From: Nymphaea colorata
Lineage: Eukaryota
Direction of reading: 5' to 3'
Length of the DNA: 64,000 nt
Assembly: GCF_008831285.2 (NCBI RefSeq)
Contig: NC_045138.2
Location: forward strand, 9,982,001-10,046,000
Within the stretch, counting starts at the first letter, position 1; each line of letters opens with the position of its first letter. The notes under the pieces are model-generated. The model did no database searches and was not told the origin of the DNA. It saw nothing but the letters and a program-made list of their open reading frames with translations. Below, one piece after another: positions 24,335 through 35,581 of this stretch. A program made the translations under genes and the position numbers.

Positions 24335-27300
24335 CAAAAAAAATGTCTAACACAAGTACACATTGCACAACCTGATTCACGGTCAAACAAAAATAATAAC
24401 AACAATCTAAGCGGGAGAGAAACAATCTGAGAGCGGTGTTGCGGCCTATAATAACAACAATAGAAATGAACAAGACAGTAAAGGTATCACTTTGAATTCC
24501 CTATTCCAGCTTATAATACTAAATTTCCTGCATAGTGTCATAATGACATCGAGCAATTCAAAGAAACCAGCAGAGACTCTACTGCAGCTATCCACAATAA
24601 GGGAATAAATATTCACTTCATCATTATAAAACAAAAGAAATAAGAAACATCATTAAAAATTTAAAACTTGACGAGGCTATGCTGGAGAGAGCGGCGGGAA
24701 GGGACGAAGGGCAGACAGCCAGACACTGAAATGGATTCATCTCAGATGTTGATTGTACGGGGAAATAGCATAACTACCACAAGAAATCGTATCACAGATA
24801 CTAAAATGCTTAACAAGAAATAGAGGAAACATGAAAATCATATTTAAAAACAGCAGAGACGCCGGACGAAGATGAAGCAGCTTCGTTCGTGAATCGTGAG
24901 TGAAGAACAGAAGAAGAAGTTGAAAGATGTGAGAGGATGCCGCCGGTGGAGGAGAGGATGCCGCGGGTGGAGGATACGATCGACTGCCAATGGAGAGAGA
25001 GCAGTGGACAAATAAATCGGAGAGACAACTGAGACACCGGATGGAGATGATGCCGCCGGTGGAGGTAGAAATCGGAGAGAGCAGCGGACGCCAGTCGGCG
25101 GACGGAGAGGAAACTGCTGGTTGAAGAGACAATCGCAGCGGACAGAGAGAGGGAGATCAGTGGCAAGGGGCGAAGTCTCGTGCCCTAAATTGATTTTGTT
25201 AAAAATAAAAACAAAAAAAACCCCAAAAAATGGACCGAAATAGACATGGTGCGGTTTGACTGCACCTGACTCGTGTTTGATGCGAGTCGGGTGCGCGTCC
25301 AGAATTGACTATTTTAGTCGGGTGTGGCTGACCGCACAAGACTCACCTTTGACCTGGTTGGGTGCGATTCTGGGTCGCACCCACACCTGCGTCGTGTCGA
25401 CGCGGGTGCGGGTCCAAAAATGGCGCAACCTGGTGACATAGGGCACGATATACAACCCTTTTATGATACGGGTGTGTATCATATCGCAATTTTGAATCAC
25501 TATGGTACACATATCATATAACATGGCCCCGTATTGTACGATATGTACAACACTGAAAAAATCTATGAGATGTAATATGTCTGTCTACAAACATAATAAA
25601 AATAGTGCTTCCAAGCATGTTAGATGAGTTTTAAAGGTCAAAAAAATTCTTAATTTAAAGTAATAGAACATATTATAACGAGCATAATCTCTTAATATTA
25701 GAGTAAAAAAGATCAAATTAAAGGATTAGTTTCATTCAATTGAATATATTGATAGAAAACCTTAAAAGAAAAATTGGAAGTAATTGCAAAATGAGAAGTG
25801 AAATTATTGAAGGTAGTCTGAGTCTGTAGTGCTGACTATGTCTTGACATTGATTTATCTGTCTCATAGTCTTCAAGTGTCTCAACTTTTAGTCTTAAGGT
25901 ACATAAATTCTTCATTCCTTCCTCTCTCCTAGTGGTAATAAAATAGGCTAGGTTGTTTGGAAGTGGAGTAGAAGCAGTTCTATGCGTTTCTAATTTTGTG
26001 GTCATCTTAACTACAGTCTGTGGCATAACACTAGGCAGATTGACTGATTCAAACGTCCAATTAAAAAACCTCTGACTTAACTGATCTTTTTCTCTTCTAC
26101 TTCTTGTTTCATATTTTATATGAGACTTGGGTCTCTGGAGAGATTGTTCTTTATCTTCTCAGGTATAACGCTCTATGTGGTCCTCACTTGTTTGTGGATA
26201 ATGACTTTTTCTTTTCCCAGCTGTCCGTTTTTATGTTCTAGTTCTACTTTGCCCTTTAGTGATATGTCTAGATTCTTATGCATGTGTACATCTTTGTATG
26301 CAGGTTTCTTGGCGCTACCAGACAATATCTCTGCCTATCCCTGTTAAAGAACAGTGCCTTGTCAGTGATGAGTGTTTTCCAACTATTATGCTCTATGTTC
26401 ATGAGTTTATTATCAAGGTTAAGGTCTGGTTTGAAGGCTGAAATTGGCATTTTTTTTCCAATGCTTGTCCTTCGAGTTCTAGAAAATGTGCTTCAGCCAA
26501 GTTTCTTGCAGAAGATGACCGTTCTAAATTTGTTGGAAAGGATGTGTGAAGATCCACAGCTAGTGATTGATATCTTTGTGAACTATGATTGTGATGTTGA
26601 GTCACCAAATATCTTTGAAAGGTTTGTTCATTGTTGAATTTCTGAGTGATATGTTATATTGGCAAATATGTCCTTCAGATATGAATTACTTCTTTAGTTA
26701 TGATTAGGTAGATAATTTTAAAATGCTTTTAATTCCTTCAGATATTTGCAGGATTGTTAATGGCCTGTTAAAGACCGGATTGGGTGTACCTCCTGGTTCG
26801 GTGACAACCTTGTCCCCAGCTCAGGATATTGCCTTCAGGCATGAATCTGTGAGATGTTTGGTTGCCATCATAAAAGCAATGGGGCAGTGGATGGATCAAC
26901 AGCTACGTGTTGTAGAAACACGTCCACCAAAGGATCCTGATTTAGATAGCTTGGGTGTTGAAAACAATTCTATGTTAAATGGTGAAGAGGGATCTGCAAT
27001 AGACTATGACCTACATTCTGAATCATATGGTGAATTATCAGAAGCTGCAAATCTAGAGCAACGGCGTGCATATAAGATAGAACTGCAGGTTCAAATTTGT
27101 AACATTGTTTTGAATTTTCTTCTCCCGTGTAGTAAAATGTAAGAATATTATCCAGTGGCCACTCTTGATCCTTGTGTGTTGTCTTCTCAAATGCAGAAGG
27201 GTATTTCACTATTCAATCGTAAACCAAGCAAGGGCATTGAATTTCTAATAGGTGCAAAAAAAATTGGTGGAACTCCAGAAGCAGTAGCTTCCTTTCTTAA

Positions 27301-30300
27301 GAATACTGCTGGCTTGAATGAGACAATGATTGGTGATTACCTAGGGGAGAGAGAAGAATTTGCACTGAAAGTTATGCATGCATATGTGGACTCCATGAAT
27401 CTTGAGAAAATGGATTTTGGTGAAGCAATCAGATTTTTTCTTAGAGGCTTTCGTTTGCCTGGAGAAGCACAGAAGATTGATCGTATAATGGAAAAATTTG
27501 CGGAGCGCTACTGTAAATGCAATCCAAACTCCTTTAGTAGTGCTGACACTGCTTATGTTCTTGCTTACTCTGTGATAATGCTCAACACAGATGCACACAA
27601 CAGCATGGTTAAAGATAAGGTTGCCTAGTCATCATGCCCTTTTTCTTGTTTTTTTGCATTTATGCACGTAATTTGTTTTTTAGATGCTTAGTGCTTAGGG
27701 ATCATATTTAATGTATTGTCTTTTGCCATTCTAGATGTCAAAGTCAGATTTCCTTCGGAATAATCGAGGAATTGATAATGGGAAGGATTTACCAGAAGAT
27801 TATCTTGGGTCCCTTTATGATCAAATTGTGAAAAATGAAATAAAAATGAATGCTGAAACTTCAACTCCACAGAAACAAGCCAACAGCATTAATAAGCTGC
27901 TTGGCTTGGATAATATTCTTAACTTAGTCAATTGGACGCAGCCAGAAGAAAAAGCATTAGGTGCAAATGATGTTCTTTTGAGGCATATCCAGGAGAAGTT
28001 TAAAGCGAAGACAAACAAATCAGAGTATGCTAATCTGGTCCATCTTGCAATTTATTCATCATAACTCTCTTGCTATGTAAACAGTTTCTTTTCTTTGATC
28101 ATTAGTTCCCTTCTTATGAACAGTTCCTATTTTTTGATGTGACAGGTCTATCTTTTACATGGTTAATGATGTGGCAATTCTACGATTTATGGTAGAGGTC
28201 TGCTGGGCACCAATGCTTGCAGCGTTCAGTGTAAACCTTGACCAGAGTGATGAAAAGGTTATTGCATTCCAGTGCTTGCAAGGTTTCCGTCAAGCAGTAC
28301 ATGTTACTGCAGTTATGTATATGCAGACTCAAAGAGATGCTTTTGTGACATCCGTTGCGAAGTTTACTTTTCTTCATTGTGCTGCTGACATGAAACAAAA
28401 AAATGTTGAAGCAGTTAAGGTAATCTTCAAGAAAGAGTCTACTAATGCTGAAGATGCAAATCTTTATTCTAGTTCAGCTTTAAAGATTGGCCGCTACTTA
28501 ATCCCTATCTATCTGCTGTAGAATTGTCACTTGTCCTGGCTTTTGTTAATAGAAATCTGAAGACAAACCCTTGAGGGGGTGATTTCGTTGACAAATAAAA
28601 CTAGTTCTCTGCCTGTTATTATGAAAATGGACTGCTCGGTTTTTTTTGAAGTCAAACAAGCATGCTTTTTCAGCAAGTCTCAACGTATGTGGCAATAGAA
28701 CTTTGTATTCTAGCTAGTGAAAGTTTTTTTACTTCTATTTTGCAACTGCAGGCTATTATATCCATTGCAATTGAAGATGGAAACTACTTGCAAGAAGCCT
28801 GGGAACATATTTTAACATGTCTTTCCAGATTTGAGAATTTACTGCTCCTAGGAGAAGGTGCTCCACCTGATTCATTGTTTCCTGCAGTACCTCAAGTGGA
28901 AGCAGACGAAAAAGCACCGAAGTCTCCTGCACATCAGCTGCTTAAGAAAAAAGGAGCTGCTCTGCAGCATCCAGGTATCATGGCTGTCCTTCGAGGGGGG
29001 TCATATGACAGTGTTGTTCCTGCAGTTAACGTCACGGGCCCTATAACTCCAGAACAAATAAATAATTTGATTTCCAATTTGAACATGCTTGACCAGATTG
29101 GAAATTATGAATTGAATCACATATTTGTGCATAGTCAAAGGCTGAACAGTGAGGCCATTGTTGCTTTTGTCAAGGCTTTGTGCAAAGTTTCTATGTCAGA
29201 ATTGCAATCTCCATCAGATCCTCGGGTTTTCAGCCTTATGAAAATTGTTGAGATTGCGTAAGCTTCTTCTCTCATTTGGTTGGCTAGGTTATCAGAAAAT
29301 GTTGATATGGAAGTTTTCAATTTTTTGAGGTTGATCCTTTGTGCAGGCATTACAACATGAATCGCATTAGGTTGGTGTGGTCTCGTATATGGCAAGTTCT
29401 TTGCGAGTTTTTTGTGTCAGTTGGCCTATCAGAGAATCTTTCTGTTTCCATTTTTGTCATGGATTCGTTGAGGCAGCTGGCTATGAAGTTCTTGGAACGT
29501 GAAGAACTGGCCAATTACAACTTTCAAAGTGAATTCTTGAAGCCTTTTGTTATTATTATGCAGAAAAGCAACTCCGCAGAAATTAGGGAATTGATTGTTC
29601 GGTGTGTCTCTCAAATGGTCCTCGTTCGTGTTAGCAATGTCAAATCTGGCTGGAAGAGTGTCTTTATGGTAAGATTCAGTTAGATGTGTATTTTCTGTAC
29701 TCCGGAATCTCAGTGTGCATGCTTAATGACTTCAGAATATCTTCTCTTTTCCACAAGATCGTCTAATACTTGTAAGATCGTCTAATACTTGTAAGATCGT
29801 CTAATACTTGTAGGAAATTTACGAACTGTACAAAATTTGTAAGTGTTTCTGTTTTCTCCTTTTGAAGGGTTTCCTGAATTTGGTTGAATTTCTTGCAGAA
29901 AATTATTAGCGACCAAGTTATCTTTTTTTGGCTTCTAAATACTCTTTTAACCATATAAGTTAATGTTTTTTGGGTTTTCTGAGTTATTCTGCAGGCTTGC
30001 TCAATTTCCCTGAACATAGTAAAGGTGTCATATTGACAGAATCGTACATAGTTAAGGTGTCATATTGACAGAACTTAATAGGAAATCTCTCAACAATTCA
30101 TGTGCATTAGGAACTTTTAATTCAATTAAATCCTCCTGTTTGCAGGTTTTCACTACTGCTGCTTCTGATGAACGCAAGAATATTGTGTTACTGGCCTTCG
30201 AGACTATAGAAAAAATTGTTCGTGATTATTTTCCCTACATAACTGAGACAGAGACTACAACATTCACAGATTGTGTTAGATGCCTAATCGCTTTTACAAC

Positions 30301-32104
30301 AAGCCGATACAATAGTGATGTTGGCTTTAATGCTATAGCATTTCTTCGATTCTGTGCTGTCAAACTGGCAGAGGGAGGGCTAATATGCTATGAAGGAAGC
30401 AAAGAAGCTTCTGATCAAGTGAATGGTGATGTTCCTGACAATCACACATTTACTGATAAGGATGAACATGTGTACTACTGGGTTCCCTTACTGACTGGTA
30501 ACCTCTTGCCTTCTGTGAGAAGTCAAATATGATTTTTTCAAGAAACAAACTATTTATGGCAATTTCTCATTCATCTTCTGTTGATCTGTTCTATAGTGTA
30601 TAAAAGTAATCTGGAAGTACCACTATTTTCAGGTCTTTCAAAACTCACTTCTGATCCTAGACCAGCCATAAGAAAAAGTGCATTGGAGGTGCTCTTTAAT
30701 ACGTTGCGTGATCATGGACATCTTTTTTCGCTCTCTTTCTGGATCAGAGTGTACAAGTCCGTGGTCTTCCCGATCTTTGATACCGTGGCACATGGAAAGG
30801 GAGTTTCATTAGATGGACAGTCGACAGAGGACATAGAAGGGCTTCTTCTTGAAAATGTTTGGAGTTCTGAAACTTGTGCATTGGCAGCACAATATCTTGT
30901 TGACTTGTTTTCTGGTTTCTTTGACATAGTTCGCTTGCAGATCAAAAGTGTGGTTTCGATTGTCACTAGTTTCATTAGAAATCCCACTTTTGCTAGCATT
31001 GGTGTATCTGCATTCCTACGCCTGACCAGTAACGTGGGGAACATGCTCTCAGAAGATGAGTGGCAGGGGATACTCCTCTTGTTAAAAGAAGCAGCTGCTT
31101 CAACACAACCTAGCTTTCTACTTATCAAAAAGACAATGGATGGGATTGAGATACCTGACAGTGTGGAGGCATATCCTGAAGGTGACTTGTTTACTGAAAA
31201 TGAGCTGCCTAATGATGAACCAGAGGATGATAGTCTACAGGTAGCCTCATACTGTGTCTCAAGAATGAAAGGACATATAGCTGTACAACTACTCATAATT
31301 CAGGTATACATTTAACGAGCACCAGTTCGAATGTTTCTCAGAATCTACTGATATTTTTTACAGTAACTGGAAAATATCTAGTGATGAACTGCTGTCACAT
31401 TGTTCTGATCAAAATATGTTTGTTGTTTAATGCTTATCTTGGAACTTATGCAATTCATCGCATTGTTGTATCTTCATGTTTGTTGCTTTCAGGCTCTGAT
31501 GGATCTGTACAAGACACATAGGGAGTCCCTTACACCATTAAGCGTTATGATCCTCTTGGAGACATTTTCGTCCATCTGCCACCATGCTCATGAGATGAAT
31601 TCCCATGCCATCCTACAGGAGAAACTTCACAAAGTGTGTCTCATATTGGAGGTCTCTGATCCACCTTCCCTTCACCTCGAGAACGATTCCTACCAAAACT
31701 ATCTCAAGTTCCTGCAGACACTGATTGACGACAACCCATCTCTATCAGAAGACAGAGGCATAGAGCTGCAGCTGGTTGCAGCGTGTGAGAAGATACTGGA
31801 AATATACCTCGATTGTGCAGGTCTGCCGATACAAAATCAGCAGCTCCCAGGTGACCGGCCAAAGGCAAAGTGGGTCATTCCCCTGGGGACAATAAAGAAG
31901 GAAGAGCTGGCTGCTCGCACTTCTTTGGTGGTGTCAACCCTGCAGGTGTTGTGTAGTTTAGAGAAGGATACATTCAAGAAATACATCTGTCGCTTTTTCC
32001 CGTTGGTGGTAAATTTAATTCGCTGTGAGCATAGCTCGGGTGAAGTGCAGCGTGTTTTGAGGGATTTATTCCAATTTTGTATAGGCCCAATAATAATATT
32101 GTAA
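8930..32104 (+). CDS. BIG1: Brefeldin A-inhibited guanine nucleotide-exchange protein, BIG1/BIG4 clade ARF-GEF; 11 exons, 1693 aa
   Basis: N-terminus [19 protein letters not shown] resembles plant BIG1/BIG4; HUS box [14 protein letters not shown]; Sec7 motifs [18 protein letters not shown] and [15 protein letters not shown] region [15 protein letters not shown]. All ten introns are GT-AG and phase-compatible; exons sum to 5082 nt, divisible by 3. Confidence 0.95.
10500..13887 (-). pseudogene. Old, heavily decayed Ty1/Copia remnant (gag zinc knuckle, integrase, RT traces)
   Basis: Minus-strand fragments CHRCGEVGH (knuckle, near 13660-13690), [10 protein letters not shown] (near 11930), [16 protein letters not shown] (near 11690), [22 protein letters not shown] (11296-11526). 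Many stops and frameshifts; boundaries approximate. Confidence 0.65.
12187..13301. mobile_element. Non-autonomous hAT element, family 1 (CTATGTCAC...GTGACATAG-type ends)
   Basis: TIRs TATGTCACATGGGTACG / CGTACCCATGTTACATA, GGTACG subterminal arrays, internal 21-bp tandem repeat at 12386-12475. Relatives at 24154 and 62546 have 8-bp TSDs; no clean TSD here. Confidence 0.8.
13888..14649 (-). mobile_element. Non-autonomous hAT element, family 2 (CGATAC subterminal motifs)
   Basis: Ends CAATGTTGTA... and ...ATAACACCG; 8-bp TSD GTCCTAAC/GCCCTAAC (7/8); homologous to 50744-51449. Confidence 0.8.
14658..23029 (+). mobile_element. 5'-truncated Ty1/Copia element B (integrase-RT-RNase H plus 3' LTR interrupted by Copia C)
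   Basis: [23 protein letters not shown] and KHVEIDRHF motifs over several frames; PPT GAGGGGGGG near 17254; LTR 17263-17338 plus 22879-23029, similar to the reverse complement of the Copia A LTR. Confidence 0.9.
17339..22873 (-). mobile_element. Full-length defective Ty1/Copia element C (Ale-like size)
   Basis: LTRs 17339-17581 and 22633-22873 (about 9 substitutions plus 2 indels by manual count); TSD TAAAC; tRNA-iMet PBS 22621-22632; PPT from 17582; gag [14 protein letters not shown], protease FDSGAS, integrase, YVDD, RNase H; frameshifted. Confidence 0.95.
23030..25555 (-). mobile_element. 5' half of a transposase-bearing hAT element, family 2 (decayed)
   Basis: TIR ...TACAACACTG at 25555; 23030-23800 is homologous to the transposase at 52940-53830 ([26 protein letters not shown]); cut by the Copia B LTR. 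Confidence 0.85.
24154..25441. mobile_element. Non-autonomous hAT element, family 1 (GGTGCG-motif variant), nested in the family-2 subterminal region
   Basis: TIRs CTGTGTCACC / GGTGACATAG; perfect 8-bp TSD GGCACGAT; contains (TTA)n and (TA)n. Confidence 0.9.
26304..26621 (+). CDS. BIG1: BIG ARF-GEF exon 2 (HUS)
   Basis: tgcag|GTTTCTT ... GAAAG|gtttgt; [17 protein letters not shown]. Confidence 0.92.
26752..27088 (+). CDS. BIG1: BIG ARF-GEF exon 3
   Basis: IVNGLLKT...[15 protein letters not shown] borders. Confidence 0.92.
27197..27619 (+). CDS. BIG1: BIG ARF-GEF exon 4 (Sec7 catalytic core)
   Basis: [10 protein letters not shown]...[11 protein letters not shown]...MLNTDAHN. Confidence 0.95.
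27735..28024 (+). CDS. BIG1: BIG ARF-GEF exon 5
   Basis: [14 protein letters not shown]...; GT-AG borders. Confidence 0.92.
28146..28419 (+). CDS. BIG1: BIG ARF-GEF exon 6
   Basis: [28 protein letters not shown]...NVEAVK. Confidence 0.92.
28752..29257 (+). CDS. BIG1: BIG ARF-GEF exon 7
   Basis: [17 protein letters not shown]...[13 protein letters not shown]. Confidence 0.92.
29347..29668 (+). CDS. BIG1: BIG ARF-GEF exon 8
   Basis: [15 protein letters not shown]...[11 protein letters not shown]. Confidence 0.92.
29755..29812. repeat. 19-bp tandem repeat x3 in BIG intron 8
   Basis: AAGATCGTCTAATACTTGT three times. Confidence 0.9.
30146..30497 (+). CDS. BIG1: BIG ARF-GEF exon 9
   Basis: [19 protein letters not shown]...YWVPLLT. 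Confidence 0.92.
30633..31303 (+). CDS. BIG1: BIG ARF-GEF exon 10
   Basis: [22 protein letters not shown]...VQLLIIQ. Confidence 0.92.
31493..32104 (+). CDS. BIG1: BIG ARF-GEF exon 11 (terminal)
   Basis: ALMDLY...[25 protein letters not shown], then TAA. Confidence 0.92.
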   Translation, partial: ALMDLYKTHRESLTPLSVMILLETFSSICHHAHEMNSHAILQEKLHKVCLILEVSDPPSLHLENDSYQNYLKFLQTLIDDNPSLSEDRGIELQLVAACEKILEIYLDCAGLPIQNQQLPGDRPKAKWVIPLGTIKKEELAARTSLVVSTLQVLCSLEKDTFKKYICRFFPLVVNLIRCEHSSGEVQRVLRDLFQFCIGPIIIL

Positions 32105-32241
32105 TTTTTTTTTGCTCTCTCTATCTCTCTCTGTGTCCGTTTGTATATGTGTGTGCGCGCGGGTGCGGGTGCGTGCATGTGGGGCTCTGGTCAAATATGT
32201 TGTCTGCCAAATGTACAGTTGATATAAATATGTTTTGCCTC

Positions 32242-32395
32242 TGATAACTAGAATTTCGACGTTTCATTGTTTCTTGTTTTGAAAGGTATGGAATTTTGTT
32301 TTATATTTTCGAAAATTATGATAACTAGAATTTCGATGTCTCATCGTTTCTTGTTTTGAAAGGTATGGAATTTTATTTTATATTTCCTAAAAATG
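32242..32395 (+). repeat. 77-bp tandem duplication in the probable BIG 3' UTR
   Basis: TGATAACTAGAATTTCGA...GAAAGGTATGGAATTTT at 32242 and 32319. Confidence 0.88.
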
Positions 32396-33114
32396 ATTTC
32401 CGTTGTTTGGTCCAATATCGATATCGACAATCTTGATGTTGAAGAGGTTTTTGATTGATTTATAAAATTGTTGTGAGAACTCTGCTGTATTGTGCTATTT
32501 TCGTTCTTCGTGAGCAAACACATGTATTTGCTTCAAAGGACGATCATTCAACTCTTTGAATTTGGGTCCATATCCAGTTTTGAATTTAATACCTATAACT
32601 TTACTGCAACCATGCAATTAAGTTTTGCGTTTTCACGGTTGTACCCAATCTATATGTTCACTGTACTTTTTAAAATAAGGTACCACGAAAAACAAGTAGT
32701 CACCCAAATATAACATGGTAAGTAAAGTCGCAACTGCATGTTTTACTTTGTGGTCCAATCATGCATGCCCAAACTTTCATCTACTTCGAAATGAAGTTAC
32801 AGAAAGAGGTTTTCAGATGCAACCCTGCTGGAGGTATTCTCCCTAATACTCTCACCAAAATAATTTGAAAACAGAAGAGAGTCAAGAGACCGTATAGTAT
32901 AAAAATTACATAAGAAGAATGGGAGCAGTACGTTAGCTGAACGTAAAAACAGAGCGACAGATGACTACCCATCCTCTAACAAACTTAAAAGTAATATGCT
33001 GACAAAGTAACATCAAGACAAGCCCATCAGGATCACCCATACATAAAAAATAGCCTCACATGAATCTTTTAAGAAAGTTTAATATGAAAAAAACATTTAA
33101 TATTTGACTAAGAA

Positions 33115-33346
33115 ACTAGATTGGATTTAGATTTAAGAAATGACATCTATTGAATTCAGATATGGATTTGGACACATACAAATATCCAATCAGATTCAGA
33201 TCCGATCAAATAACAAATGTCCTATATTTTATGCCCTGACATTTTGAAAATAAGCCCGATTCGGTTCAAAATCCAGATTCACATTTGGATGTGAACGTAA
33301 AAATAGTATTCATATCTGATTTAAATCCAATTGGTTGACATACCTA
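33115..33346. mobile_element. Degenerate MITE-like fragment with ATCC/GGAT subterminal repeats
   Basis: Clusters of GGATTT and ATCC(A/G) motifs ending in TTGACATACCTA; the other end is not recognisable. Confidence 0.4.
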
Positions 33347-34099
33347 CTTTGTTTACCAGCATTGAGTCAAATTCACTATTGCCCACTTTTCAAGTGGTGT
33401 TATTTTAATTGTACAGCTCCATGAGAATCTCACACAGCAAACATAGGCAACTCAAATCATTTAAACAATTTGCCAGCATGCACTGACCGACACAAAAACC
33501 AATTGTCTGTAACATATGCACAGCAGGATAATCCATACTGCAAAAATAGCACATTAGAATTGGCTGACACCACACAAGGAGGACACCTACCGAGGATTAG
33601 GAATAGTATGTCATTGGAAGCAAAACATACCAAAAGTTTTTATAAATAAACACTGAATTATGCTAATGAAAATGACACCAGTTAAGCATACCGACAAAAA
33701 ATGCATATATTTATGCGATCAACAGGTGAACCTTACATGCAGGAATGACATAATTGGCATCCTACGAATGTATATGACGATACAAATGAGAAGCAAAATG
33801 AAGGAACTCAATTAATTTCTAACAGCTTTGGCAATGTGCTTACTCACTCACGTGTTGTTGATGTGTAAGAAAGGGGAAGGAGTGTGATAAGCTGCAGAAG
33901 AAGAGATAATCAAAAGCAACACTGTTCCTTTTTCCCGGCCACAAAATGCAAACCCCTTCTCGACCCGCATTCTGGTCGCTCATATAACCCTTTACGTGGG
34001 TTCTTATTACAGAACGAGAATTTACAGAGAAAAAGAGAGCAATTCGCGTGGGCTTCCGACATAAATGAAAGGTCCCAACCCCAATGGAACCCTTCTTTC

Positions 34100-34908
34100 T
34101 CGTTTGCTAGAAAAATGAAACAATGAGGTAGCGTGATCTTGATTTAAGATCCGAGGATCTCAGATCCTCGAATCTTAAAAACCTGGGTTTTGAAAAACTT
34201 TGTTTGATATCATCGAAGCCTCTATCCCCGCTCTCACTCTCTCTCTCACCGATTGGAACGAGCTCGAATGGACGAGAGCCATGGCGCGCGGCGTGGTCTC
34301 TCCCTCTCTCTCTCTCTGTGTCCAGAACGGTCTCTCTGAAACCCTCAACGAAGGTTTCAGAGAAACGCTCGTTGAGGGCTTCAAAGAAACCCTCCCTCAT
34401 ATTTTATGAGGGTTTCTCTCTGAAACCCTCAAAGAGCTATCTGAAAAACGAGGGTTTCTGAGAAACCCTCATTTTTTAAGAGGGTTTCAGAGTTTCAGAA
34501 AAAAAAAAAAAAAACCCCTAGTTGAGGGCTTCAGAGAGACCCTCGTTGTTGAGCATTTCTCTGGAACCCTTGTCGACGTTTTCCGACAAGGGCTTCCCTG
34601 AAACGTAGAGAAGATGGGTCCATGGGATCATGTCGATTTCTCTGGGAAAATCATAATCCTCTTTTTAATCGTCATGCAGTTTACTACTGGAGTGGAAGCA
34701 TGACCAAGCCCAGTAACTGGTGAGGAAGAAAGAAGATAGGGAGGAGGAGGCAGAGGAAAGAAGCGCGGGGTTTCCTGCGAGAATTTCCCGCAAGGGGGTG
34801 GGGTGGTCGGATCTGAGATGCGGGATTTAGTTTTCAAATCGTTAAAACCATAGATCTCACCTTAAATTTCAGCCTCAGATCTGAGATCCGAGGCTCCCAA
34901 ACACGCCC
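34100..34908. mobile_element. Fold-back repeat, probably a non-autonomous DNA transposon (PIF/Harbinger-like right end)
   Basis: Right end CCCAAACACGCCC; AGATCC/GATCT palindromes at both ends; central array of GAAACCCTC/GAGGGTTTC motifs in both orientations; left TIR and TSD unclear. Confidence 0.5.
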
Positions 34909-35581
34909 AAAAGTTGAAAACACTATTGCCAATCGACCAACAAAGAGATGTTATTCGAGACTTCAAAAATCTCCAAGAGGGAGCGAGAGAGCCGGTCTAG
35001 ATGGTAACATCAGCATAGCAGAAGGTGAATAAAGAACCACGTTCTTTCCTTCCGAAGAGAAGGCATTTTTGTATTTTAGATAATAGAAGAAGGGTATTTC
35101 AGTACACTTCCTAGTCAGTCAACTTTCTCCTTCAAAGACCGCCACAGAAGCGCTTATTTGGGAATTTGTATCAAACGTTGGTCATCCGTTTGTTCACCCT
35201 GGGAGCCGATTTGTAATTCTTCCAAGGACAGGCTGTAATATGCAACCTTTTCTTCAAGTAATTTACTGGCTCCATTCTATCCGACTATGAATAATCACAT
35301 ACTGAATTGGCATCGGTAATGACAACCATGTACATGAAAAACAAAAGAGAAGAAATAATTAAACAAAGACACAATTGGAGAAACAAAAAATTAGCTATCA
35401 CCCAGACCACAACACACTGCACTCCTACCAAAACAAATGGAGGAGAAAAATACATAAAAGGCACGTTTGTCATCAAAACTGTGGAAAAAGTAAACTCCAC
35501 AACTAAAACTACTGCTCATCGAGAGAGAGATGAATGATGGAGAAAAATGCACACTGCCCTAAACGTATAACATCGGAGATG

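Noticed and set aside
13888..25555. A single 11.7-kb hAT using the TIRs at 13888 and 25555
   Set aside because: Flanks GTCCTAAC and AAAAAATC do not form a TSD, and 13888-14649 has its own TSD.
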